NCBI RefSeq assembly: GCF_036321535.1
Contig: NC_087437.1
Coordinates: forward strand, 86,244,001-86,308,000
Direction of reading: 5' to 3'
From: Camelus dromedarius
Lineage: Eukaryota
Length of the DNA stretch: 64,000 bases
Position numbers and translations under genes: made by a program. The number at the start of each line of letters is the position of its first letter. Position 1 is the first letter of the stretch. The notes beneath the pieces are model-generated. The model searched no databases and was not told the origin of the DNA. It saw nothing but the letters and a program-made list of their open reading frames with translations. Shown in pieces: positions 52,719-64,000 of this stretch.

Positions 52719-54059
52719 TGGGACCAGGCAGAACTTCTCATAAACTGAATATCTGAAACTCAGAAAAAATTCCAACCTAAGTTAGTTTATAAAGCTAAAA
52801 GTCTTTATAATTTATCACTTAAAATTGGAATTTTTATATTAATGATATTAGGTTAATTACAATTTACTGTAATTAATTATAAATAATAGATGAAAGTATA
52901 TATACTTACAAATTAATTTGTTTACTATAGTTTAAAAGGTGGGAAAAATATAAAAAGTGAGAATATCAAACTTTCTGCACATTTAATTGGTTGCTCTAGT
53001 ACTGAAATCTTTCTCAGTTAAAATCACTTTGCCTTCATTTTAACAAAAGACTTAAAAAATAATATGCTCACATACTATTATATTTACTTTCTCTATTTTG
53101 CTTAATTACTACTTGTAAGGGCAAAGGCCAAAAATTAGATTCCTAGAAGATATGCCTAACATATAGGTCAATAATAACTAAGTGTTTTACATTGATCTTT
53201 TCCTAACACCCAAATTCTACAGTCCTATCTATATTGTTGCCTTCTTAAATTCTTCCTTGACACATCTTCCTTTCACAAATTTTCCAGGTTTAATATTATA
53301 ACTTATTATTTTTTCCCACAGATCCCAGTATAACACTATATTTGGTCAGTTTTATTCCCACGGTAGAAAAATTTATTCCTTGCAAGTAAGGTAGAATTAG
53401 ACAACGGAAAGGTGGGGAGACAGAGGGAATGAAATCCCTTCTTAGGAATATTTTATTTGCATAAATTGTACAGACTGAAACTTTTTTTTTTACTTTTAAT
53501 AGAGCAAATTAGTGGTAAAATAAAGAACTGTGAGTTATTTGAATTAAATATTTAAATAATCTAAAATAAACAGCAGAAAATTAAGACCATTACAGACGAC
53601 AAAAACTTGCTCTTAAATGTTTCCAATCAGGACTTAAAATGCTCAGCAAAACAGGTACACAGCAAATGTTTCTGAATAAACTGTTAATAGCAATTAAAGC
53701 CTTTTTTCATCAAAAACAGATTTCAAGGTCTTATCCCCTGGCTTCTTTCCCAAACACTCCACTTACCTAACTGCCACTTCTCAGAACTTATCCGAGGTGA
53801 TCTTTATAGAGCATCTGACGCCATTGAAAAAGGCTTTATAGCATAGCAGAGTGAGTCCTTCAAACCAGACTGCCTGAATTTGAATCCTAACTCTACCACC
53901 AGCTGACATCTTAGTTTAAGTTACTTAAGCTCAGGTCTTAATGTCATTATCTGTAAAACAGAGACCATGGTAATACTAATTCAGAGTTCTTAAAAGAATA
54001 TAAAACACACCTAGAACAGTGCCTGGTACATATTAAGAACTTAAGAAAACATAAGGTAC

Positions 54060-55215
54060 GAAGAGCTTAATATCAGAACTTGAATAAATATGAGACTTGA
54101 CAAGGTGCTGGGAATACCAGCATGAATAAAGATCCTTGCCTTCATGGAGCTTATATTTGGGGGAGATAGCAGACAATAAAGGAAGATAAATAAGTAAAAT
54201 ACAGTGAAAAGTGCTAGGAAAAAAAGGCTGGAAAGGGTGGTTACTGAGAGTGCCATTTAGTAAAATGTAAAGGAGTTCGTGGAATAAAACAGCACTACAT
54301 GGGGAAGAGCATTCCAGAGGAAACAGCAAGTACCAATGTCCTGAGGCAGAATTCTGCCTGGTTTGTGTGAGAACAGCAAGGAGCACAGTGTGGCTGAAGC
54401 AGAGGAAGAGTGAGGAGTTGTAGGAGGTGCTGTCAGAGAAGCAAAAGGAGGAGTAGAGAAGTCACGTAGGACCTTGCAGGCTCTGGCTTGTCCTCTGAGA
54501 GATCACGCTAAAGGAGGGCTTTAGGCACAGGAATGACATGATCTGACTTACATTCTAACTCTGGTTTCTGTGTTAAGACAAGACCAAAAAACAAACAAAC
54601 AAACAAACCAAAAACAGCAAAGGAGAAGGGGATCTAATAGAAGAAATAAGGAGACCATGTAGCAGACTACTGCCATAATGCAGGTGAGAAATGATGGTGA
54701 CTTGACCCAGGAAGGTGGTTCCTGATGTACCCTGAAAAGGGGATTGACAAGATTTGCTATTAGTTTGAATATAAAGTGGAAGTGGGGTGGGGAAGCAAAA
54801 CAGAATAGTCAAGAATGACTCCAAAGTTTTTGGTCTGGTGACTTGGAAGAAGACTAGAAGAGATTGGAAGAGGTGCAGTTTACTGAGATGGAGCAGCAGT
54901 TTGGGAGTTGGAAGATCAGGAGCTTATTTCAGACACAGACATTCAAATGGAGCTGTTGAGTAGGTAGGGGTTATGAGAGCAGTCTAGACTTGAGATACAA
55001 CTTTGTATCTTAATGCCGTGAGACTAGAAAATAACGGTGGATAGAAAGAGGACCGTGTGTGGAAGCATTCCCGTATTCAGAGGCAGGAAAGATGAGAAGA
55101 AACCAGGGCAGAGAAAATGATGAAGGAAGAGCCAAAGAGGCAACAGGAAAGCCAGGAGAAACACTTGAAAGCCTCTCAAGAAGTAATGGTGGTTAAGTGC
55201 TGCTGATGGGTTAAA
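54060..55215 (-). mobile_element. L2 LINE fragment
   Basis: CCTTGCCTTCATGGAGCTTATATT, GAGCATTCCAGAGGAAACAGCAAGT, GAATGACTCCAAAGTTTTTGG. Confidence 0.75.
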
Positions 55216-55219
55216 ATCA

Positions 55220-55740
55220 CCAGTCCTATTGCTTCTACTTCCAAAATACATCCCCAGTGTTTCCCATTTATTCCATCTAATTTCATCATCCAAGTTTCTC
55301 CTGGATGTCATCAGAAAACCATTCACCGTACAGTGATCTTTTAAAAATGTAAATCTTATGTCAACATCCTATTTATTCTTTGTCATCCACTATCTAGAAT
55401 AAAATCTAAATTCCTTACTTTGACCCACAAAGCCCTTTGTGATCTGACTCCTGCCTACCATCCTGACTTCATTCCTCCAATGTTACTGTTTATATTCATT
55501 TCTATCTACACAGGTATTTGTTTTGCTCTTAAAACATATCGGTCCCAATTACTGCCCTGGCACCCAATCTCCAATACTCTGGACACATTCTTTACTTTCC
55601 CAACAATTAGGTCTTAGAGCTCAAACAGCTCCTTAGAGAGGCCTTGCCTAATTGATCTATCAAGATCTAAAATTACCTCATTTATCTGTTTAATTGTATA
55701 TTGTCCATCTCCTCTCAGATAGTAATTACTCAAGGACAGC
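55220..55740 (+). mobile_element. L2 LINE fragment in the opposite orientation
   Basis: AGTGATCTTTTAAAAATGTAAATC...GAATAAAATCTAAATTCCTTAC...GCCCTTTGTGATCTGACTCCTGCC. Confidence 0.65.
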
Positions 55741-55849
55741 TTTTATTGAATTTGAAACTTTGCATATAGTCAGCTTTAAAACTTATCTGACAAAATGCTA
55801 GTTATTTAAAACAAAAGGAATATTATCAGGACATTGGTTTAACTTTTTA

Positions 55850-56880
55850 TGTAATGCAGGCATCATTTCTACAACATCTCTGACTTGGTCACATTCAAGA
55901 AAATCTTGAACATCTCTGGTGATGGCAAGGTTTTTATCTCATAAAGCAGTTCATTCCATCTTCAGACAGCTCTCCTTGTGTGAGAAGTCTTCTTTATACT
56001 AAAACAAACCTCTCTCCACATAATTTCCACCCACTGCCCTTTGGAGTTACGCCATGGTAAGTCTAATTCTTCTTATGTACACAGAACTACACATTTTAGA
56101 AAACAGTTTTAGATATTCCCTACAACTTCTTTTTCCAGAACAAATACTTCCATTTCTTTTGACAATTCTCCATACATTATGGTCTTCCAGTCTTATCCTT
56201 TCCATAACAGTTTGGAAATTTCCAATTTATGAATTTTCATCTCAAACTATACTCAGAACTTAACAAAGACCCTCTCCCATTTGCTTTAACTAGCATAGAG
56301 TTAGTGGAACAAATATCTTTCTTAGTCAATCTAGACAACACACTATTATTCATGAAAGCATAATAAGTATGAAAGTATAATAACTATTCTGATAGTTCTG
56401 ATAGAAAACTCAAAACTAACTAAAAGCTCCAGTGGTTTTCATAAGCACTGCTATGAACTCAAAGGCCTTCCATTTTATAGATGTAAAGGTGTTTTCTAAA
56501 CAACTAGGTGCAATATTTCACATCTATGTAGTTAAACATATGTTTATTTCATGTTATTTCATAGTGGTCTATGCTATTTTAATCTTTGAATCCCAACTCT
56601 GTACTTCAACATACTAAAGATCTACCCAAATTCCGTGCCATCAACATGTCTGATAAGTATGCCTTCTATGACATCCAAATCACTGATAAAAATATTTGCA
56701 TAAACACATCAACAGCGAGCCCCACAGCATAACAGCCTAACGTTAGAGACTCTATTCTCTAGTTGATACTGAGATTACATGTGATTCAGTGAGTTACTTG
56801 TAACTCCCTAACAGCTTCTTCTTATCCACAAAAATATCATGAAAGGCATTATAAATGCCTTTTTCTAAAGTCAAGATGAG
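55850..56880 (-). mobile_element. L3/CR1 LINE remnant
   Basis: GCAGTTCATTCCATCTTCAGACAGCTCT...AGAAGTCTTCTTTATAC and CATCCAAATCACTGATAAAAATATT. Confidence 0.65.
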
Positions 56881-56942
56881 CTGTGAAGGTAAAGTATTTT
56901 ATTAACAAGGGTTGCTTTTTGGTTTTTTTGTTCACTTCATTT

Positions 56943-56973
<31 letters not shown>

Positions 56974-56975
56974 TA
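56943..56975. repeat. (TA)n microsatellite, interrupted
   Basis: Read directly. Confidence 0.9.
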
Positions 56976-57880
56976 TGCATATCATTATATATGTATATGT
57001 ATATCACTATGTACAAATTATGCACATCAGTTTGAATCCATGAATAACTACCAACATAGGATATAAGTGTCAATATTATCAGTGACCCCAAAATAAGATT
57101 TTATATAAATACATTCTCTTGTTTGTAAAAGTATCACTTACTATGAATTGATACAAATTTTTCTCTAAGGCAGTCTGGATAGCTTTGCAAAGGAATGTTA
57201 AGATTGAGAAATCAGCATAATCAAACCAAGAATATGTTTCTACATGTATGCAATGGGTAAGACAACAAAAGCTATGTCAAATAATGTGTAATTAATTTGG
57301 AAGCCTGAGAAATTTTAAGATAAATTCAACCTTATCTATATTGCTTAAAGCTCTCATATGGAATCCTCCCCGTTACTATACTGGTTTTTACTGAATTACG
57401 CATATTTAGCAAAATGAGTATGTTTTTAACATTATATAGACCAAATTAACTGGGACACATTTGGACTGGCCTTTTAATCCTAAAAAGATATGATGAAATC
57501 TTCTACTTTAAGATATATATTCCTATATCAAGAAAAATCTATTATGTAGCAGTATTATGACACTGAAGAACTTATTTTGGGGCAATTACACCTCTGTCAC
57601 TGCTTACTCAGCTACTTTACTCACCTGAATGGGACTCACAGAAGCCCCGTATTATGCAAAGTAAATTACAAAATATTTTACATTACTTTTCCCATTTCAG
57701 TGATCGTTATGAGGAAATTCTTATTAATTTTTCTAATTTTTTAACACCTTTTCAGAAAACTAGGAGGATTTTTTTCTGAGACATAGACATAGCCATGTGA
57801 AGCCAATTGTTACTAGGGGAAAATACCAAACTTTTCTTTGTTCAACAAAATCATTTTTGCTTCTTAGGAGGAAAGAAAAG

Positions 57881-58765
57881 ATGAAAGACCGACTTCAAGA
57901 ACTAAAGCAACGAACAAAGGAAATTGAGCTCTCTAGAGACAAGGATGTGTCAACTACAGAAGCAGAGGAACAGGGGATGTTTCTGCAGCAAGCTGTTATT
58001 TATGAAAGAGAGCCTGTAACTGAGAGACACCTACATGAGATCCAAAAACTACAGGAGAGTATTAACAATTTGACAAATGATATTCAAAACTTTGGGCAGC
58101 AACAGAAAAGTCTGTTGGCTTCAATGAGAAGGTTTAGTCTACTTAAGAGAGAGTCTAGCATTACAAAAGAGATAAAAATCCAAGCAGAACACATTAATAG
58201 AGGTTTGGATAATTTAGTAAAAGAAGTTAAAAAGTCAGAGGATGAAAATGGTCCATCCTCAGTGGTCACAAGGATACTTAAATCTCAGCATGCTGCAATG
58301 TTCCGCCATTTTCAGCAAATCATGTTCATATACAATGACACAATAGCAGCAAAGCAAGAGAAGTGCAGGACATTTATTTTCCGTCAGCTGGAAGTTGCTG
58401 GGAAAGAAGTGCCTGAAGGAGAAGTAAATGATATGCTCCATCAAGGAAAATGGGAAGTTTTTAATGAAAGTTTACTTACAGAAATCAGTATCACTAAAGC
58501 ACAACTCTCAGAAATAGAACAGAGACACAAAGAACTTGTTAATTTGGAGAACCAAATAAAGGATTTAAGAGACCTTTTCATTCAGATATCTCTTCTAGTA
58601 GAGGAACAGGGAGAAAGCATCAACAATATTGAAATGATAGTGAACGGCACGAAAGAATATGTTAATACTACCAAAGAAAAATTTGGACTAGCTGTAAAAT
58701 ACAAAAAAAGAAATCCTTGCAGGGTATTGTGTTGTTGGTGTTGTCCATGCTGTGGCTTAAAATAA
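57881..58765 (+). CDS. STX19: Syntaxin-19 (294 aa), single coding exon; Qa-SNARE with a cysteine-rich C-terminus instead of a TM anchor
   Basis: MKDRLQELKQR syntaxin N-peptide, Habc region, SNARE motif (EIEQRHKELVNLENQIKDLRDLFIQISLLVEEQGESINNIE) and C-terminal CRVLCCWCCPCCGLK. An acceptor ttcttag|G at 57867 lies 13 nt before the ATG. Confidence 0.97.
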   Translation: MKDRLQELKQRTKEIELSRDKDVSTTEAEEQGMFLQQAVIYEREPVTERHLHEIQKLQESINNLTNDIQNFGQQQKSLLASMRRFSLLKRESSITKEIKIQAEHINRGLDNLVKEVKKSEDENGPSSVVTRILKSQHAAMFRHFQQIMFIYNDTIAAKQEKCRTFIFRQLEVAGKEVPEGEVNDMLHQGKWEVFNESLLTEISITKAQLSEIEQRHKELVNLENQIKDLRDLFIQISLLVEEQGESINNIEMIVNGTKEYVNTTKEKFGLAVKYKKRNPCRVLCCWCCPCCGLK

Positions 58766-59449
58766 AGAAGCTATTTAGAAATTTTTCCAATTTTAGAGTA
58801 AAAGATGTGCCATATTTTAGTGTCTTGTATCGTTTTTCTTCATTTCATAGAGCCATTCACATACTTTCATCACTGTCAATTATAATTTTCCCTTTTGCCC
58901 TTTCCCACTCTAATTACAGAAACTTCTAAGCTAGTAACATAAAACAAGTCTTCATTGATTACACTAAAAATACTGTATTAGCTTAAATTCATGGGTTAAC
59001 TATTGAAAATGAGATGAATGATCTTTAGTTTCTAGACAGGTATCAAGCTCTATTACATATTTTTGTAACTTCCAAAGCATTAACAAGATGAATGTCACTA
59101 AATGACAACTACTTAAACCATCCTTTTGGCTCACTTAAGAGTATTTTGGTAGTTAAGAATTGTATAAAACAAGGCATCAAAGGGTGCTATATTAAAGCAA
59201 AATCAAACTAGAAGCTATATCAAATTTTTTATGTTCAGATAGGTAAAGCAAACCCTGGGAAAACGCAACTATGTACTTAAAGAAGAGGCTAGTTGGTAAT
59301 GGGGAGCTGAATCTAGTTTAAGACCTGAAAAGCTAAGTGAACGCACTGTTTTCCTGAACTTGGGTCCATATAAGCACACTGTACTACAGATCAAGAAGGT
59401 TGGCAAATAAAGTAAAAAATAAAGGCAACTGTATTCTCAAAAGTTTCTC

Positions 59450-61380
59450 CACCACTTTATTGTGAAGCCAGGCACTATACTGTGGGCTAGGGATACCGCT
59501 TGAACTTACATGGGGAGAGAGTTTTGGAACTAACACTCTAGTGGAGAAAACAAGTAACAACAAATAGCAGTATTAGACAATGTTAAGTTCTTGACAGAGA
59601 TTTAAAATAAGGGTGGTAAGACAGATTGTCTGAGTGGCTTCTAGGTCTCTTTGAAAGGTAGTATTAAGTGAAGACCTGAAGGATGAGGACGCACATTCCA
59701 GGCATATGAAACAAACAGTACAAAAGACTCTGAGGAGGGTATAACTGACTCCGTTCAAGGAAGAATGAGCAGCACAGCTGTATCATAGTGGGAAGAGATG
59801 AGATTAAGAAAGGCCAGCAGGCGCTAGATTTAAGGCTTTGTAAGTCTGAAGTTAACAGCAAGTATAACCATTGCAAAGCCCTCAGACTATTTTTGACCTA
59901 GGAATAATATTATGTAATTTATACTTGAGAAAAACCATCCTGTCTACTGTATGGAAAATGGGTTAGAATGGATTTGGGGCAGGTGAGTAGAGGACAAGCA
60001 TATAGGTACAGAAAAACAATTAGAAGACTAATGCAATGGCCCCAGTAAGAGATGATGGAGGCGTGGGCTAGGATGGGAGTGGAGATGGTGATGGTGGCAG
60101 CAGCAGTATTAATACTCAAGACTAATAAAATACATACTTGCTATGTCCCAGCATTGTTTTAATAATTTCACAATTTTACCAACAAGAACACTGAAGTACA
60201 GCAAGGTTAAGTAACTGACTCAGGCCACAGAAACTATACAGAGAACTGGGATGTGAACCTAGGCAATCTGATCCTATAACTAAACTACTATACACCATGT
60301 AGTGACTATAGAAAAAAAATTAGACTAAAATGTGAAAGATTTTAGAGGTAGAAACTATAGGACATTGACTGGATTATGATACTATTCACAGAGTTGGGAA
60401 AAGACAGAGATGAAGGTTTCAAAATTGGGGGTAAGAAGGAAATCAAGAAATTCTATTTTGGTCAAGAGAATCTGAGATGACTATAAAATGTCCGAGTGGA
60501 GGATTTCAAGATATTATCTATATCAGTAGGAACTCCTGGGAAATGTCAAAGCTAGAAGTGCAGATTCGGGTCATCTGAGTAAATAAACAGTATTTAAGGT
60601 CATGTGACTTTAGGATGAAGATAACCTGAAAAGTATAGAGATGTAAAAAACTGGAAGACCAAAAAACAGCCTAGGGTATTTTAAAATTGAGGCTTAAAGC
60701 AGAAGAGGAGTTAATAAAGGAGACTGAGAAGGAACCATCAATGAAGTAGGAGGAAAACCAAGAAAGTACACCGTAATGCATGTGATGCATATGTAAGAGT
60801 GCTTAAAGGAAAATAAAGTGGAGGAAATAGCCAAGTTTAGGTAAAATAAGAACAGCAGTGACAATGATTTGGCAACATGGAGATACGTTATTGACTCCAG
60901 CAAGAGCAGTGTCTAGGAATTGTAGGGACGAAAGCACAAATAGCGTATGCTGAGGAAAGACTGTGACATAAGTAAGCACAGCGTCTGCTACAGACAGTGC
61001 TGTCCAGAATTTTGAACAGAATACTGTAAAAACGAGTCAACAGGTGGAGAAGGATGTAGGATTCCACAATACTTAGAGAAATACAAGGGCACGTTCTGAT
61101 GACAAGAATGGTCCAGGAAAACTCTTCATGTAAGAAGGGGAAGGGACAATATACAATAGTAGAAAGGGGTAGGACTGGACTGAAAATGGAGAAGCTGACC
61201 TTGGATAGAAGCAGAAACACTTCTCCCATAGTAGAGGAGGGAAGGCAAGGTTAGGAATAAAAGCAGACAACTGAACAAATTTGGTGGTGGGAAAACGAGA
61301 GAGAATTCTTATGTGACAGTTTTTATTTCCTTAGAGAACTATGAGGCAAAACTATTTACTGAAAGCACAGTGGGATTAAG
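59450..61380 (-). mobile_element. L2 LINE remnant with an inserted MIR (~60110-60300)
   Basis: AAGACCTGAAGGATGAG...CATTCCAGGCA, GGAGACTGAGAAGGAAC, GATTTGGCAACATGGAG. Boundaries are approximate. Confidence 0.65.
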
Positions 61381-64000
61381 GAAAAACAGGAATATGAAAA
61401 CATGTGTGTATATATATGTGTGTGTATATGTATATATATGTAATTTTTTGACTTAGTTCTTTACCACTATGTGGTATATTCTATGGTGTACATGTACCCT
61501 AGTTTATTTAACTGGTCCTTTTTGTTTTACACTTAAATTTTCTCTAGTCTTTTGTTTTTATAGACGGTACTATGATGACTAACCATGTACATGTGTCACT
61601 TTGAATGTGTGAAAGCACACTGCTGGATTTGCTGCATTAAAGGTAAGTGAATTTGTAATTTTGAAAGAAATACACATATACATATATATACATCTCCTAA
61701 CACTATAAAGTAATTTTTAATTTATAAAATATAGACATTGGAGAGTTTTCTACTGTGTCAATTATCACACATTAATGTGGAAAAAGATGTTTCCCATATG
61801 TCAGCCTTAAATGTTTAAGGAACATTATTAAAAAAGACGAATTTTAAACCATTATAATAATCAGGTGATGACAGACATACTTCTTCCGTCCCTTCTAAAG
61901 CTGTGCTATATTCTTTTATGTAGTGCCTTGATACTTGTTTATAATTGCTCTTAAATTATTTATCTTGAAAACTGAGAATATTAAGTTCTATTTAATATTC
62001 ATTAGCATAATTATATCCAGATGGATTTGTAAGGCAGTAATTTTCTAGTAGCATTTATATTTGAACATACTGCTTTCAAAGCAAGACAAGCATAGAAAGA
62101 TTCATAGTAAAAATATCGTGTTGATTAGGTAGTAAATACTACAGAATTGAAAAACAGAACTTCCGAGCTAACAAAACAGAGAAGCCTAGTGATGTTCTAT
62201 GATTCTGACCTTTCAAGAGAATCTTCAGAGCTGTGACATAAAGTGAAATTTGGCTGAAGCTTCATCTGCAATGACACATGCTGTCAGACTGGTGTGCAGA
62301 ATCAAGTCAGGCAGAGCTAGAGAGTGTTCAGGACCTGCTATTGTGGTTCTCTACTTGCTTCCCATAGCATGAATGGATCCTGCTCTTCCAAAGACAAGAT
62401 AGTAATTTCTTCAGGTTTATCTCCTTCTATTGAATGACTGAATCTTCTCAGAGGTCTGCTCTTCTGTTTGCTCATTATTAGAGGGTGGGAAGAGAAAATT
62501 AGGTGTTGAAGAGAGTTCTTTGAGGCTTTGTGGTCCTAAATCAACTAGCTTAGGCTCAGGCAAGGGGTGAGCAGAAGAAATTAGATACTATAATTGAATT
62601 TTGCAGACGAGCAGTCCAGATATCCGTGGGCAGGAAGGAAGCAGCTCTGTGCAGCAGGGAGCACTGCAGCCTGCCCCCTACTTCAGGTGCCCACCCCCTA
62701 CTTCTCCACATCCACCAGCCCTAGCACGGAGCTTGGTCAGGTTCTACTGGAGGGAGGCCCTTCCCACTTACTATCCAATGGACTTTTCAGTGTTATACCT
62801 ATTCTGTGCTAGGGTTATATCCATTAAACCACCATTTCCTATCTTTGTGGAGCTATGAAGGCAACCTGAAAGACTCTGAGCAGAGGAAAAGTAAAATGAT
62901 CAAATTTGTATTTTAAAAAGAGCTCTCATATTCTTTATATACTCCCGCATTGTTCACTTGTTAAAGCATGTACCAATTTTGTAATTTGAAAAATATCAAG
63001 TAAAGAAAAGGGCTCTCATTAGCAATGCAGAAGAGAACTTAAAGAATAGGCAAGACTGCTAGCTAACAGCAGGGAGGCTGGTTAGGGGAGAAGTGAAGGA
63101 AGGACAAAAGGAGGTAACATCACAGGGAGAACAGGAGTAAAGGGACTCAAATGATATTGAGACAGTAACATCAATAAGACTAACTGTAGGTCACAGAGAA
63201 AAAGGTAAACAGGAGAACTTCCAAATATGGGGCTTGAGCAGATATTTAAGAGGGAGTTATAAGCAGAAAAAGGGGTGGGATATAAAATTTTATATATTAT
63301 ATGAACACTGCATACGTTACATGTTTTATAAAAATAAGCACAGAAAATTCATCAAAATGTCACCAGTAGTTGGCTCTGCAAGATAAGTCAATCATTTTTA
63401 ACCTCTCTTTCCTATGTCTTCTAAATTACTAAGAATATGGACTTTTTGGTAAATTTTATATATTTTTGAAGCACATTCATCTTAAAAAGGAGTTTACCTT
63501 TATTGATAAAAATTCTACAGTTATAAAACTCCCTTGAGAAAAACTGGTCAAATGACACACCATTCTATATTTCATAAACATTATATGATCCATAATTAAT
63601 TCTCATGTCTTTGTGAGATCTCACTGACTATGAAATTATAATGGTGAGCAATCACCCTAATTGTGAGTTTTTTTTTTCTCTATTCTGGAAGTTCAGTAAA
63701 CAAAGAGGTGACAGAACTGAAAGCAGGTATCTTGCTGACAGTTACTTAATTATTCAGTAAACACTGTAGACACTTATGAATTGTATGCCTCTGCCTCGGG
63801 GCTTTTCCACATAATCTACACGACTGACTCTCACCTCCAGCATCATCTTCTCAATGAGACCTACAGTGATTAGCCTAATTCTAAGAGTAATATGCCCCTG
63901 TTGCCATCACTACCATGGGATTCCTGATCTTCTTTTAACTGCTTTGTTTTCAATGTACTTATTATCACCTAAGGTACAACATAATTTATTTATTACATTT

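Noticed and set aside
52853..52880. 9-bp AT-rich inverted repeat TTAATTACA/TGTAATTAA
   Set aside because: Expected by chance in very AT-rich DNA.
57797..57880. 28-aa N-terminal extension of STX19 in the ORF track (322 aa)
   Set aside because: It starts at a GTG and runs through a polypyrimidine tract and acceptor at 57867. The syntaxin N-peptide begins at ATG 57881.
62040..62470. Non-repetitive-looking intronic segment considered as ARL13B exon 3 or an extra exon
   Set aside because: No DLGGG/G3-type ARF motif or clean open frame with splice sites found. Exon 3 must lie beyond the window.

Overview
Mammalian genomic DNA: AT-rich, intron-dominated and dense in repeats. Multiple tRNA-derived Vic-1-like SINEs point to a camelid. 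The window is the NSUN3 / ARL13B / STX19 locus. On the minus strand are NSUN3 coding exons 1-4 (CpG-island promoter at about 19.8-20.3 kb; the gene continues off the left edge) and ARL13B coding exons 4-10 plus the 3'UTR (exons 1-3 lie off the right edge). On the plus strand, the single coding exon of STX19 (57881-58765, 294 aa) is nested antisense in ARL13B intron 3. I read all exon boundaries as GT-AG and the phases join in frame. No DHFR2 retrocopy is visible between ARL13B and NSUN3, where human has one. The remainder is SINE, LINE, LTR and DNA-transposon debris. I found no convincing new multi-gene system. The best unexplained signals are RNA-level: (1) a strong-splice-site poison exon in ARL13B intron 6 with a 15-bp stem enclosing its 3' splice site and an upstream UG repeat; (2) an apparently decayed ~81-codon cassette exon in ARL13B intron 9; (3) a chimeric retroposed insert with a perfect 15-bp TSD; (4) a candidate spliced divergent transcript at the DHFR2-empty site. 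Gene, exon-number and repeat-family names come from recalled sequence similarity, not database searches.
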